Source: a virus
Length of the DNA stretch: 64,000 nucleotides
Direction: 5' to 3' (one strand)
Virus record (IMG/VR): IMGVR_UViG_3300042197_002946
Span: 32,001-96,000 of that record
The translations under genes and the position numbers were made by a program. The number at the start of each line of letters is the position of its first letter. Within the stretch, counting starts at the first letter, position 1. A model generated the notes under the pieces. It searched no databases. It saw only the letters and a list, made by a program, of their open reading frames with translations, and was not told the DNA's origin. Shown piece after piece: positions 30,701 to 41,439 of this stretch.

Positions 30701-33700
30701 GTCTGGTTCTGTTATAGTCGGACAAAATAATTTAGGTACCGGTTTTGAAAATAATTTCATAGGCCGTAATAATATTGCAGCTGGCGATTCTGATGTTGTA
30801 GGCAACAACAATAGATTGATAAATGGAGACGTATCAGCCTTAGGAAAAGATAACACAGTTACAGGAAAAGGTCAAAGAGCACTAGGTACCATCTCTGATA
30901 TTTTTGATACCAACAACAGATTGGATTTTAGTGGGATAGGGTCACTACCAGTAGCTAGTGGTTATTATAGCGTCACTTATCAGTGTTTATTATTAGATAA
31001 TGAATTCTCATGGCAATTTGGTCAGAGAGACCAGGTTTCTGTACAATTATACAATAACGGCATTTTGTTGCCTACATATGTTGGTATGATTACTAACAAT
31101 CCTATTATTGTTAATGGATTTAGGGCTGTATTTTTAGACAACGTGATTAGAGATGGAGACAATGAAATATTAGCTAATCCCGTATCTATTAATGAATTCG
31201 TAGAAAACTATTTTCCCAACCAGATTCCTCCTTCTATTAGATTTAGTATACAACATAAAATAGATGGGGCTTCTTTAGTCGCTGGTAGTGGTAATTTAGT
31301 AATTGCTTCCCCGTATAGTACTGTGCTTGGCAATAAAAATCAAGTAGGTATCGACTGGAGTAATCCTACTCATGTAGTATCGTCCTCTGGCTTAGTAGTG
31401 GGTAATAATAATCAAATTTATCATCCTTTAAAGTTCACTAAAGATCAGAGAGGTAATATCACTAGCGTAGAGCCAGAATATCCAAATGCTACCGGATTAT
31501 TTCAAGCAGCAATAGGTTTTGATCTACGTAATGCAGATCCCAACTCTATTAAACTAGGGTTTGATCAGAACACCATAAAGATTTTTGATCTGGGCGGTAA
31601 AAAAGATGGAAGTGTTGTTTCTGTAGTTGACCCTAATGTTACTCCTCCTCAGACTAGTACTGTAGATGCTGAAAGAATTGGAGACGGTCTTTTTGAAAGA
31701 GGTATTGTAATTAATGCTGATAATATTAGCAATTCATTCCATGTATTGAATAATAATAAAAACAAACAGTCCGTACTATCGGTACTATCCAAAGATGCTG
31801 GTTTTGTTGGTGTTAATAAAACAGTTCCTCAATTCTCTCTAGATGTTTCAGGAACTATCAACGCTAATAGAGTACAAACCGGCTCAGCATCTATCAATAA
31901 TCTACAACTACAAAGCGGTGCCGCTCCAGGATACTTTTTATCATCATCAGATGGCATAGGCAATGCTGAGTGGGTAGCTGGTGTCAGGGTTGATGTTAGT
32001 GGCTTGCCAGGCACTCTTGTTTATTACAGCGGTACTCCGGCAACAGGAGGCAAGGTCCAGCCGATTAGCACCACAGCAGTAGTACAAAATCAAGAATGGT
32101 ATTTAAACACTTATTTCTATGAGCCATCAGGATGTAATGTTAGTAGAAGTGGCTTAGTGTTTGATCAATATATGAATGTTGATAAATATGCCGTTATGAC
32201 ATTGGACGAACATCGACGCACAGTTATGGGTTATCCAGTAGAAGAGGTAGAGAAACTGATTGCTGCTAATCCTGGTAAAATTGACTATATCCAGAAATTA
32301 GTGGATTTGGCTAAAGCTAAAAAGTTTTCTGATGAAAGCCATTTTATTCCTCGTCAATATAATGCTTTATATTTTATCCCAGAATCAACTGCATACAGCA
32401 CCCCATCGGCAGACATTGCTAATACTAGTAGCTCCATGGGTACTCATTTGGGTAAAGCAGGACAAGCGCAACAAGCAGTATTTGCTATCGGTCGCCGTAA
32501 AACAGACCTATCCCAACCTCTTAATCTAGAAAGAGGAGAGGATGTTGATCAGGACAATAAGCTGTTCCCAGGAGGATTATCTGCTCCACAAACTATTATT
32601 TCTACAATACCTAAAAAAGATCTAGCAGGACAAACTAGCTATCTCAGACCCAAGTATAAGTTTAATTATGATGAAATGACTTCGACTTACATGGCTCCAT
32701 ATAGCAGTGTAGACGACTCTCAACACCCGCAGTCTGCTTTATTTAATATGGTTAGACCCATGACGGGAACCACAGACACTACCGTTGAAGCTGGTGCTAG
32801 ACCAAAAACATATCAAAGTTGGTGGTATTTTGATCCTGCAGATAATACCGGAGGTCAAGGATCTAGACCTCCAGAGTTTAGATATTCCACAATTCAAAGA
32901 GCAGTTCCGACAGCTTTTAATTTAGGAAGAGAAGAAATTGACTTTGTAATCTACGGCACCGGATCCAAGTATCCACAAGAACAAGTATCTAAATTCTTAT
33001 TCGGGGATGTTAATCAATACATTACATGGAAGAAAACTGGTTTGGGTAGAGAGGATACAAACTTCCCATTCCTCACAACCGTACCAGCTTTTTATTTTAA
33101 TGCTTCTCTAGGCGCGTTCATGTTACATACAGACAAGCCTGCCTGGATACCAACAAAAGTAGCAACAGATTGTGAACCGTGCGATCCTGTACAGAGTGGT
33201 ATTAATTTTGCTGATCTTACAGTTAGAGGATGGATAGGAACCAGCGGTATTCGTATTGGCCAAGGATATCGCAGAGCATACACAACTAATAATCAAGGAG
33301 AGCTTGTAGAAGCAGTAGACGGTAAGGGTAAGCCGATTTTTGAACCTACAACTGGCATGGTACTAACATCGGATAGCTATGGGTTTGCTGTATGGACACC
33401 GCTTGGGGGAGCGGTAACAACCAATCAGGTATTAACTGCATCAACGGCAGGTGTTCTTTCAGATCAGAGTATAGTTTTAACTGAAGGATCTTTGGATCCT
33501 GTCAGTTCGGTGCCGAACATCGGACTAGAAAGCTTAGAGTCAGATAGTGCCCGATTGTTTAGGGATACAGTAGATGTGACTAATGAAACAACATTAGCAA
33601 ATCCTGTATTAAGATTGCGTGGCGTTACTCGTAATAGTTTATTATTCGCCAAGAATCCTTTACCAAACAGAAGCGATGAGTTTACCAATAAGTTTAACGA

Positions 33701-35201
33701 GTCATCTCTGCCAACTAATCCTAACGAGATGAATATCGACGGAACAGAGAATTTATTCTACTATGGTTATACTAATGCCCTTGCAGGTCTTTTATCTTAT
33801 AATTCAGAATCTCAAACAACAGAAATCCTAATCGACGGAGATGCTACAAGAAGATTTAATATTAATGATATTGTAAGAGTCTATTATAAATATATGACGG
33901 TAGTTCAAAATCAAAGCGTAGAAGTTTCTACTATTGAACGAGCTAGAGTCGTCGGTATATACACAGTCAGATTAACAGAAACTATCAATGGTAGATCATC
34001 TAGAACTAGCGTTGTATTAGACAAATCATTATCTAATGTTGCAGAGTCCACGTATTTGTTGGATTCAACAGCAGAACTACGTAGAGTAGCTGTTATTTCT
34101 CAAACTATAGGTGGTTATCTTACATTTAATTTCCCAGGCACAAATCCTGATATTGTTATAAGCAATAGAGAGCATATAGACACAGCTTTTAATAGTAATG
34201 GTAAATTTACTAATTTTGGTATATACGGCTCTCGTAGTGGTATGTTGACCCCAACTCTATTATATGGGGAAACGATTACTAATAGTATCCAGATTAAAGA
34301 CAAAACACCATTTGTATATGGCTATGAAACTAGATCGATTGATAATGTATCAACGTCTTTAGAAAAAGACATCAATAGTAATTTATATTATCATTATAAT
34401 TTAAATGGGTTATATATCCAGGGCACATACGATGAAGAATCAAGTACTCTCACAATGACTAGCGTTGATGATATTGTTACTGGAGACATTATTGAAATAG
34501 TTTATGATAATAATCAAGACACTAAAGCTTTAGTTAAAAATATTAATGATAAAACATTGACTATATCCTTTAAAGATATTAATTTGGGTATGCTAGAAAA
34601 CAAAATAGGAAACATTGCTCGCAATAATAATGGCGGCATATTAAATAATAATTTTAAAGTAAGAGTAATAAAGAGACAGCTATCCAAGACTGCTAGTGTT
34701 GTGAATGGGTCAATGGTTATTAAGGCTGAGGATCAAGTTCCACTATATGCTGATTTTGCTGTTAGAGGATTAACATATACAGATGGATTAATGCTGGGGC
34801 ATAACGACAACGGCAATAATCCTATTATTAAAGACCAGTCTATACTATACAGTAATCATGGCTTGGTATCCGGCAGTAATTTACGTTATGTTGATGTTAC
34901 AGCTCTTAATACTCATCAAACATATAAAACCTTAGTTTTTAATGAAGAACAACCAAGAGTATTGTCTCTGGATAAATATAGAGACAAACCATTAGAGCCT
35001 GTTAGTTCTAACAATCCAGAGAAAATTGCTCCGGTATTTGCTCATTTCAGCATGTACGGATCTGTGTATGCCGAACATATGAGTGTTGACACATTGAATA
35101 AATTTAATACTATTGATGGTGGAGTAGTTAAGTTTAGAGGATCTTGTGCTAATTTTAATAATGTTTGTATAGAGTCTGACCTTCCACCACCTCCAGGTTA
35201 A
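27735..35201 (+). CDS. Large tail fibre/adhesin with YadA-like beta-roll repeats
   Basis: Many ~14-aa (I/V)G..N..SG.N repeats (about 28970-30870), SLQFNNAGSISG and VGVNKTVPQFSLDVSG fibre motifs, GYFLSSSDGIGNAEW and GMVLTSDSYGFAVW linker motifs. Confidence 0.75.
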   Translation: MSIKFYDLVGELGTVSLDGSGNPIAVSLIQDGLGLTGYRLFLNNVVDNDRLYLKLQQTAQNAFAIIIGKYDVNEFGSRSIIVERVLSKFGTLSSGVYVETISFNDISINHNVSANQLLVKNNSFVPESQTSDYVVALSGNVTVTLPLANIDSENIKYGFLLSSKYSGSDTLIINASGSNNIIVNNNNVSSISMTGVGSYIELMATSGGNWYRLYSTELLGGESASSVVGGVSKSLQFNNAGSISGGKVFWDDNSKTLYFGDTNNVVNADLVVSASQNKASGIYPLYVRLNNGNFFALTKDGKVSINTPSLPLYESSPNFHMVGRCAVFEGNCGSAGVALTLFNNPDVVPLAGSVGGSFNMSARNSNRNVVNYAQVQSKILNPNKGVSSGQFLVNVDVSGSPYNVMMLDLANLVMGNNDVAKSIDSAVIGKNNDLTSISGAKVLGNNNTIDRVNNLYVIGSDNSIDFIKNSARYILSEPNISTLSGLDWNDLDDLQAGDIVQVTNNNVLNGYYIARELAWTPIDDSVAVGYFGNANFVMGSDSTLSGNNLIAIGSNSIASGNNLSVFGNFNNVKTQSISDIIQNNFQPDYSTVIGNVNTFDASGVVILGNRNAGSGIRALMLNGSLNTIGSGTIDSVVIGNNNNITVVSGLVIGNRNFGIQSLSTIIGLNNTVNGANNIVVGSDSTVSGNNNVLSGDSLISSGSSSILYGFNHASSGLNNLLVGSDIVATGNRTIGLGQNLNVSGDDNLIVGINNRTTGSGNVVLSYNTVASGTLLNTTVYGANNRLVDNSSHSYTNIFGQNNTLASGTLHNLIVGTTNTVTNRYNFTLTPITFAISDNGTKFTNIEAAAFINNYRAGDSIVYSSENVVVGSGVIQSVYIPNNGPSVLIIEPATAFNTTLTSVSILSTTKQQEIIETYARPVSVIGNENEVVGLSGVVLGHNNAVSGYNNTIIGSDNIYGGNNAIIIGQGFAGSGFNNIVNVGFNNVGGLSGSVIVGQNNLGTGFENNFIGRNNIAAGDSDVVGNNNRLINGDVSALGKDNTVTGKGQRALGTISDIFDTNNRLDFSGIGSLPVASGYYSVTYQCLLLDNEFSWQFGQRDQVSVQLYNNGILLPTYVGMITNNPIIVNGFRAVFLDNVIRDGDNEILANPVSINEFVENYFPNQIPPSIRFSIQHKIDGASLVAGSGNLVIASPYSTVLGNKNQVGIDWSNPTHVVSSSGLVVGNNNQIYHPLKFTKDQRGNITSVEPEYPNATGLFQAAIGFDLRNADPNSIKLGFDQNTIKIFDLGGKKDGSVVSVVDPNVTPPQTSTVDAERIGDGLFERGIVINADNISNSFHVLNNNKNKQSVLSVLSKDAGFVGVNKTVPQFSLDVSGTINANRVQTGSASINNLQLQSGAAPGYFLSSSDGIGNAEWVAGVRVDVSGLPGTLVYYSGTPATGGKVQPISTTAVVQNQEWYLNTYFYEPSGCNVSRSGLVFDQYMNVDKYAVMTLDEHRRTVMGYPVEEVEKLIAANPGKIDYIQKLVDLAKAKKFSDESHFIPRQYNALYFIPESTAYSTPSADIANTSSSMGTHLGKAGQAQQAVFAIGRRKTDLSQPLNLERGEDVDQDNKLFPGGLSAPQTIISTIPKKDLAGQTSYLRPKYKFNYDEMTSTYMAPYSSVDDSQHPQSALFNMVRPMTGTTDTTVEAGARPKTYQSWWYFDPADNTGGQGSRPPEFRYSTIQRAVPTAFNLGREEIDFVIYGTGSKYPQEQVSKFLFGDVNQYITWKKTGLGREDTNFPFLTTVPAFYFNASLGAFMLHTDKPAWIPTKVATDCEPCDPVQSGINFADLTVRGWIGTSGIRIGQGYRRAYTTNNQGELVEAVDGKGKPIFEPTTGMVLTSDSYGFAVWTPLGGAVTTNQVLTASTAGVLSDQSIVLTEGSLDPVSSVPNIGLESLESDSARLFRDTVDVTNETTLANPVLRLRGVTRNSLLFAKNPLPNRSDEFTNKFNESSLPTNPNEMNIDGTENLFYYGYTNALAGLLSYNSESQTTEILIDGDATRRFNINDIVRVYYKYMTVVQNQSVEVSTIERARVVGIYTVRLTETINGRSSRTSVVLDKSLSNVAESTYLLDSTAELRRVAVISQTIGGYLTFNFPGTNPDIVISNREHIDTAFNSNGKFTNFGIYGSRSGMLTPTLLYGETITNSIQIKDKTPFVYGYETRSIDNVSTSLEKDINSNLYYHYNLNGLYIQGTYDEESSTLTMTSVDDIVTGDIIEIVYDNNQDTKALVKNINDKTLTISFKDINLGMLENKIGNIARNNNGGILNNNFKVRVIKRQLSKTASVVNGSMVIKAEDQVPLYADFAVRGLTYTDGLMLGHNDNGNNPIIKDQSILYSNHGLVSGSNLRYVDVTALNTHQTYKTLVFNEEQPRVLSLDKYRDKPLEPVSSNNPEKIAPVFAHFSMYGSVYAEHMSVDTLNKFNTIDGGVVKFRGSCANFNNVCIESDLPPPPG

Positions 35202-35216
35202 TCATAGGGTGTAAAT

Positions 35217-35867
35217 ATGCCATTTCCAAAAAACACTATCGTTCCAAAATTTGCTAATAGTAATAGAGATATTGTGGATACTAGTGTAGAAACAGAAATT
35301 CCTGACTATACTGCCAATATTAATGGTTTTGTTCCGTTTTCTAATCGCATTATCTTAAAAAGAGATGAAACTACTACTAATCATCCTTGTCCTGATGATC
35401 TTGCTGTTGGCGAATTAGTATTAAATGCAATTACAGGCAATTTATATACCAAATTAGTGTCTGGTCAGGTCGTTTATTATCCTGGCATACTAGTTTGTGT
35501 GGGCAAAGAGGGCGTGGGATCTAATACGTTTGGAACAGCTATCTCAGTCCCAGAAACATATGTCGAAGATACATTTACTGTATCTTTGTATGGAATAACT
35601 TTATCAACAGCTAAAGGCAATGAGATCAGATTCAATCCAGTGTCCGATATTACGCAGGGGTTCCCGTCCTCATTTTCTCTATTGTATTCAAGTGATAATA
35701 CTTCCTATTTTGAAATAGGTCGAATCACAGTAGTAGGAGATTATATCAATGCTAATTTTGAATTTGTGTATAAAGATAATGAGAACGCTAAACCCTTAAA
35801 AGGACAGTTTAAAATTGGTCTATATGATAATAAATCTTTGGGTTTCCTCAAAATAGAAGCTATTTAA
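35217..35867 (+). CDS. Fibre-associated protein with Mtd-N/fibre-N-terminal-like motif
   Basis: RIILKR......P..LAVGELVLNAITGNLYTK. Confidence 0.55.
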   Translation: MPFPKNTIVPKFANSNRDIVDTSVETEIPDYTANINGFVPFSNRIILKRDETTTNHPCPDDLAVGELVLNAITGNLYTKLVSGQVVYYPGILVCVGKEGVGSNTFGTAISVPETYVEDTFTVSLYGITLSTAKGNEIRFNPVSDITQGFPSSFSLLYSSDNTSYFEIGRITVVGDYINANFEFVYKDNENAKPLKGQFKIGLYDNKSLGFLKIEAI

Positions 35868-35870
35868 AAT

Positions 35871-37409
35871 ATGCTAAATACACACCAAATTACTAAAAAG
35901 AGACTTATAACAACGTACAAGGGGGCTGAGCCCTTCAGATTAACAGCAGATTATGTACGTGAAGATAATGTTGATATAGCCAATCAGGATTTCTCGCTTT
36001 TTGCAGAGAATGACCTTGTTTTATTGGAAGGACAAGATAATCCAAATGAAAATGGCTTATATTTATTCACTGATGGCGCTCTGACCACATACTATCCAGA
36101 GTTCTTTGAGAAAATAGATAAAATTTATGCTATAGATGAAAAAGAAGGAATATCTTCCTATGTTGGCTTTTTTGGAGTAGGAGACCCCCTTAATCAACTG
36201 CACCATATACATCCTGGCCAGGGTTTAATTATTATCACCAAACTAGATGCCATATTACCATTTGATTGGTATACTTATGAAACCAATATTTTACCAGCTA
36301 TTAATATAGATCATAATATTACAAAAAGTAATTTTGCTAATTTATTGTTTTCTGCTAGCGACGGCATGGATGATGAGTATACGGTAGACTTAAGATTTCA
36401 TGACTATAGACCAGTAGTATTAACGTCTAGAATTTCCGGATCTTCAGACCAGCAACAATATTTATTGAGAGTTGATTTAGTAAGTTGTCCTGATCCTGAA
36501 TATATTAATGTTGTTAATAAAGTAGTATTAGATAGACATGAATTATCATTGAGTGGCAGTCCATCCAAGTTTGTAGTTAGTCCAGAAGTACTATCAAATA
36601 AATTCAGGGGATCCTTAAGACCCAATGATGTTGTATGGGTAACGAATAAAGATTTCGGAGTAGAAGGCTTGTATTTATATGATGGATATACTGATTTTCA
36701 TAAACTATCCAATTCAGACTATATTATTAGAACTAAAAAATATATTATAGAAGAATCTCAAAAAATTATTAATAGTATTCCAGAAGACTTTTATGTTAAT
36801 TATATTTTAAATATCGGATATCCAGGACATTATGATGTTTATCTGGTGTTGGAAAATGCGTCATCTGGAACTATAGTATCTGAAGACCATTATTGTTTTC
36901 ATGTAAAGCAAATTACTAATCTACCAACGCCAACTCCAACAGTGACTCCTACACTACCTATTCACTCAGTATCCTTTGATGATGGTAGTTATCTCAAAGT
37001 TGATAATTGCGAAAGTTGCGCCAAGATTTTTGTGGGAGCATCCGCTTTTGGTTTGCTCTCTGACGCCAACTACTATTATCAGTTTGAAGTATTTACTAAA
37101 GGAGAATCTTTGCCTCGTGATCTAGATACCGATACTGGCACATCGTTTGAGCCACGAGAAGGATTCTTATCAACGGGATTATCTTCTGAAAAATTTGGAA
37201 CTTATGTGACTACAGCAGACAAAACTCGCACAATTATTTCTGTAAAGCTAACTAATCTTGATACTGGAGTATCGGCTACGTCATATTTAACATTAGCAGT
37301 ATGTGATGAGAATTACTGTGCTCCAGAAGTTACTCCTACGGTAACTCCCACAACCACTAGAGTTCAATACGCTCCCAGACCCACTCCAACACCAAAAGTC
37401 GGATCATAA
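35871..37409 (+). CDS. Virion appendage protein with Ig-like modules and short Pro/Thr linkers (paralog of 48568..49749)
   Basis: [18 protein letters not shown] fibre motif (with a second divergent copy); KIDKIY...LNQ...G.G.I...K....LPF.WY shared with 48568. Confidence 0.6.
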   Translation: MLNTHQITKKRLITTYKGAEPFRLTADYVREDNVDIANQDFSLFAENDLVLLEGQDNPNENGLYLFTDGALTTYYPEFFEKIDKIYAIDEKEGISSYVGFFGVGDPLNQLHHIHPGQGLIIITKLDAILPFDWYTYETNILPAINIDHNITKSNFANLLFSASDGMDDEYTVDLRFHDYRPVVLTSRISGSSDQQQYLLRVDLVSCPDPEYINVVNKVVLDRHELSLSGSPSKFVVSPEVLSNKFRGSLRPNDVVWVTNKDFGVEGLYLYDGYTDFHKLSNSDYIIRTKKYIIEESQKIINSIPEDFYVNYILNIGYPGHYDVYLVLENASSGTIVSEDHYCFHVKQITNLPTPTPTVTPTLPIHSVSFDDGSYLKVDNCESCAKIFVGASAFGLLSDANYYYQFEVFTKGESLPRDLDTDTGTSFEPREGFLSTGLSSEKFGTYVTTADKTRTIISVKLTNLDTGVSATSYLTLAVCDENYCAPEVTPTVTPTTTRVQYAPRPTPTPKVGS

Positions 37410-37411
37410 TT

Positions 37412-40400
37412 ATGAGCACAACAGCACAACAAAGACTTGATCTATTATTTAGCCCTGCTAATAATATAGATAGAACATCAGTTGGGACTGTATTGCCTAG
37501 ACATCCTTCTGTTGGTATTAATGTAGGCATTAAAGCACTTAATAGTTCGGTGAATATACAACCATCTAATATATTTTATTCTAATGGTCAAAAACCATAT
37601 TTAGTATATTCGGACAAAGTAGTTGATATAGATAGCAATAGACTACCATTGATCACCAAAGAATGGTATAAAACATTAGTGCTTCTGTACAAAGATATGA
37701 TTACAACCTATGTTAGGAATCTTATAAAAACAAGACAATCGCTCCCTACATCATTTGATATTATACACTCGCAGTTTAGAGCCAAAATTAACAATCTGGA
37801 TCCTTTATTAATTCCATCAATAGCTCTTAATACTCTAAATTTGACAGAAGGTGTTGATGTTATCCTAACTCCAAGACCTAGCTTATCTGCTCGTGAAAGA
37901 ATAGATTCTATCCTTAAATTAGGACAAGTTAGTCCAGAAGGAGGGTCTTTGATTGCAGAAACCTCTGGAGGAGTAGGCTTAAGAGTAGACTCGATTCAAT
38001 TTCATTCTAAGAATGTTACGTTTTTAGACATATTGACTCAAGAATATTTGCCCCTGCAACATCCAACATTGGGTAGGATATCATCAGGTACTTTAACCGA
38101 TGTCCTAACATTATTTATAAATGCCTTACATAACAGTATCAGATCTATGGATGTTATATATGATAATGATGTTTATCAGTGGATGTTAAACTATTCCAGA
38201 AGTCGTGGTATATCAAATATTTCTCCGGAGGCAAATTTAAAATGGATGGAGCCGAAAGAATTAGGTAAACTTCCTGTTAGATTAGGAGAAATAAAGGTAG
38301 ATTTAAATTATGACTTTTTGAAGAGCCGAACTACATCGACGTTGACCTCATCTGTGTCCACAGGACAAAGTTTACAAAACAATACTGTGAGAGGTATAGA
38401 TTCTACTGGTGCTATTTATATTACAAACTTAGCTTACGCGGAAAATCAACCTCAAACTAACGAATTTACAAATATATCTGGTTTAAACGCTATAAATATC
38501 AGGCCAGATAATTTTCGTGGACTAGGAGGTAGTGGACAAAGGGCTTTAATCAAAACTATCATTATTTATAGAGGATCTAGACAGGCAGCTGGCAATATTC
38601 CATTTATTACTGGATTGCAATCTGGGGCTGTGAGAACAGCCGGCCGCAACATTTCTTTCGGCGGGAGTGGTGTCCATTCTAATTGGAAAAATGGTAATGA
38701 TAATGCTTGTTATTTAAATATAGCTAGATTAGAGACAAATCCTACTAAATACATGTTCTACATTGATTTTTTCATTAATGCTAGCCAAGAATATGTATAC
38801 AACGGATGGGGCTTTAAGGGTATCCAGAGAGAGACCGTAGATTTTGTTCCTTTTGAGCCAATCAGATTATCTAACTTTGGCACCCATAAACTTATCGATC
38901 CCTCAACTAATAAGTGGACAGACATTAATCTAGATAGACTAACACTATATTTGCATTATATTACTCCTAGACTATTACGTCAGTCTGGAGCAAATCTCAT
39001 TAGCTACACTCCTGAGACAGCAGAAAATTATATGCACACGATGGTGTTGTCGGACCAGCCATTGGGTTTAGGGTCTATAGCGGGAGTTACCAAAGTTAAT
39101 GATTTGTCTAAGCCGAGAACGGTAGGTTTTGTCGTAGGTGCAGAAACAGCCACTATTTATGGATGCAATCCTTTCAGCGAAAAATCTTTTGCTACACAAC
39201 CGCAATTAAATTCTATAGCCAGATTTTTAGGTGCAGAAACTGGTTCTCAAGTGGAATTAATGATCTATCCTGTTGGTCTCGCCAATAGTGTACCTGCTAA
39301 TTTTGGCTTCAGATTATATCCATCAGACCCTCCGTCTCCAGCAGCAAATGATTTGATGGTCTATGTGCATATGAAAAAATATGTACCAGCTAGAAATGTA
39401 GTTATTTATACTACTTCACAACCGACACCAACTCCTACATCCACAACGCCTAGAAGAATAGTTCCTGTTAATCCTCCATCATCTACTACTGGCAGAGATC
39501 CTACACCTACTCGAACTCCTACACAGACTAATTTACCAGTTTTAACTCCTCTAGTATCTAATCCTTTTGGTAATATGCCAGCCAAATCAAGTAGCAGATT
39601 TTCTACTAGAAGAAATACTGTTAGATTTGATATTTCTGTTGGACCATTACCCCTGGGCACTTCTTATCCGTATACTTCATATTTTTATGATTTACAACCA
39701 GGAGAAAGTGATTATAATGGATATAGTGTTATCAAAAATAATACTGCTATATACCATCCTTTCGCAGATAGATTAACAAGGGTATCGACCGTGTCTACAA
39801 GCGGTAGAGTGATTCTATCTCGAATGACAGAAAATGGACAGACCTACTACAGAGCATCTTTAAATATTTCCTATAGCAATACCGGAATAGAGCCTTCAGC
39901 TACTAATCCAGTCAGTTTTAAACTTCTGCTATACAGGGCTGTAACGCAGCAGCTATCTACGGGCTCACAAATCGTAGTGGATAGCAGAACTCCTATTGCA
40001 ATAGGCGAAGCAACTATTGTTCCTGAAGGTGTCGATCTTAATAGTATTCCTCCCACCCCAACTCGTCCTAATGATCCTATATATGTTAATATAACAGTAA
40101 CTGAACCAGATAGTAAATATAGAAATATTCAAGCTGTTAGATCTGGTTTCTTTACAGAGAATAAATCTCTTAGTTTCTTATCCAGTAATATTCCTTATCT
40201 CAATAGTATCGCTAGATATTTGGGTGCTGAAACCGGAGACTCTGTAAGATTAATGATTCGTAGTAGTTCATTGTCTCCGTATATTATGGAAAGTATATCT
40301 CAGTCCCAAACTATCAATAAAGTAACAGCCCAAGCTACTTCTTTATATGGAGCTGAGCTTTTTTCTGTATCTATTAGTACAGAGGCTCAAGCCATAGCTC

Positions 40401-41437
40401 CTACACCCACCCCGACACCAACTATTACTCCATCTATTACTGCTACTAGCACTCAAACGCCAACCTCTACATATTCCCCCACTCCAACTACGACTATTAC
40501 TCTAACAGGCACTGCAACCAGTACTCCTACTCAGACTCCCACCAGTACTCCTACTCCAACGAATACCCAGACTCCGACATCTACTGTTTCGTTGACTCCT
40601 ACAAATACATCTACCCCCACCCCTACAATTACTCCTACTAATAGTCCATTTTATGAGGCAACGCAAACTCCTACTCCTACTAATACATCTACTATAACTG
40701 TGACTCCTACGACAACGCCTACTCAAACACCTAGCACATCTCCTACCAATACTCCGACACCATCGTTATCTGTTAGTCCTTCTCCGACAGTCACGCAAAC
40801 TCCTACCAATACTCCCACAGCATCCATAACAAGAACACCAACACCAACATCGACAATTACAGTTACTCCCACTAATACCTCAACTGTTACCCCAACAGCT
40901 ACTCCGACATTAACACTCACATCGACCTTAACAAGTACTCCCACATCTTCCCAAACACCAACAGCCACAACCACAGTATCTCTAAGTGTTTCATCAACAG
41001 TCACTCCTACTCCAACGACCACTATTACTGAAACTCCTTTATTGGCTATTTCCCCAACACCCACACAAACACCTACATCTACAATAACAACTACTCCAAC
41101 AACCACGCCTACTCTAACTGAGAGCCCAACACCCACAGCTACTCCTTCTCAAACACAAACGCTAACAAGCACACCAACCAATACCGTCACACCAACGCCG
41201 ACTATTACTGATAGTCCTACCCCCACACCAACCAATACCCTAACTGCTACAGTTACTCCCACAGTCACTAGAACGGCTACAGCAACTCCATCTATAACGC
41301 CAAGTCATTCACCCACACCGTCTACTAGTGCATCAAATATTGATACTGCTGTTCAGTGGGGTGTTGATTCATCAGCAGACATTATTGTTAATATTAATGC
41401 CAACAAGTCGTGTCAGTGCGACAATACAGGAATATAA
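37412..41437 (+). CDS. Large virion appendage protein with ~300-aa mucin-like Pro/Thr tract
   Basis: PT-rich tract 40400-41330; duplicated LNSIAR(F/Y)LGAETG motif. Confidence 0.65.
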   Translation: MSTTAQQRLDLLFSPANNIDRTSVGTVLPRHPSVGINVGIKALNSSVNIQPSNIFYSNGQKPYLVYSDKVVDIDSNRLPLITKEWYKTLVLLYKDMITTYVRNLIKTRQSLPTSFDIIHSQFRAKINNLDPLLIPSIALNTLNLTEGVDVILTPRPSLSARERIDSILKLGQVSPEGGSLIAETSGGVGLRVDSIQFHSKNVTFLDILTQEYLPLQHPTLGRISSGTLTDVLTLFINALHNSIRSMDVIYDNDVYQWMLNYSRSRGISNISPEANLKWMEPKELGKLPVRLGEIKVDLNYDFLKSRTTSTLTSSVSTGQSLQNNTVRGIDSTGAIYITNLAYAENQPQTNEFTNISGLNAINIRPDNFRGLGGSGQRALIKTIIIYRGSRQAAGNIPFITGLQSGAVRTAGRNISFGGSGVHSNWKNGNDNACYLNIARLETNPTKYMFYIDFFINASQEYVYNGWGFKGIQRETVDFVPFEPIRLSNFGTHKLIDPSTNKWTDINLDRLTLYLHYITPRLLRQSGANLISYTPETAENYMHTMVLSDQPLGLGSIAGVTKVNDLSKPRTVGFVVGAETATIYGCNPFSEKSFATQPQLNSIARFLGAETGSQVELMIYPVGLANSVPANFGFRLYPSDPPSPAANDLMVYVHMKKYVPARNVVIYTTSQPTPTPTSTTPRRIVPVNPPSSTTGRDPTPTRTPTQTNLPVLTPLVSNPFGNMPAKSSSRFSTRRNTVRFDISVGPLPLGTSYPYTSYFYDLQPGESDYNGYSVIKNNTAIYHPFADRLTRVSTVSTSGRVILSRMTENGQTYYRASLNISYSNTGIEPSATNPVSFKLLLYRAVTQQLSTGSQIVVDSRTPIAIGEATIVPEGVDLNSIPPTPTRPNDPIYVNITVTEPDSKYRNIQAVRSGFFTENKSLSFLSSNIPYLNSIARYLGAETGDSVRLMIRSSSLSPYIMESISQSQTINKVTAQATSLYGAELFSVSISTEAQAIAPTPTPTPTITPSITATSTQTPTSTYSPTPTTTITLTGTATSTPTQTPTSTPTPTNTQTPTSTVSLTPTNTSTPTPTITPTNSPFYEATQTPTPTNTSTITVTPTTTPTQTPSTSPTNTPTPSLSVSPSPTVTQTPTNTPTASITRTPTPTSTITVTPTNTSTVTPTATPTLTLTSTLTSTPTSSQTPTATTTVSLSVSSTVTPTPTTTITETPLLAISPTPTQTPTSTITTTPTTTPTLTESPTPTATPSQTQTLTSTPTNTVTPTPTITDSPTPTPTNTLTATVTPTVTRTATATPSITPSHSPTPSTSASNIDTAVQWGVDSSADIIVNINANKSCQCDNTGI
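40400..41330 (+). repeat. Degenerate Pro/Thr coding repeat (longest of about ten in the window)
   Basis: ACN/CCN-rich tract; others at 44590-44825, 51690-52145, 53170-53380, 57380-57810, 58620-59005. Confidence 0.9.
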
Positions 41438-41439
41438 TT

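Noticed and set aside
40502-41136. Minus-strand Val/Gly-rich and Arg/Ser-rich ORFs (also 44456-44834, 53121-53369, 58802-59176)
   Set aside because: Antisense shadows of Pro/Thr tracts, which lack reverse-strand stops; fully nested in long + strand genes.
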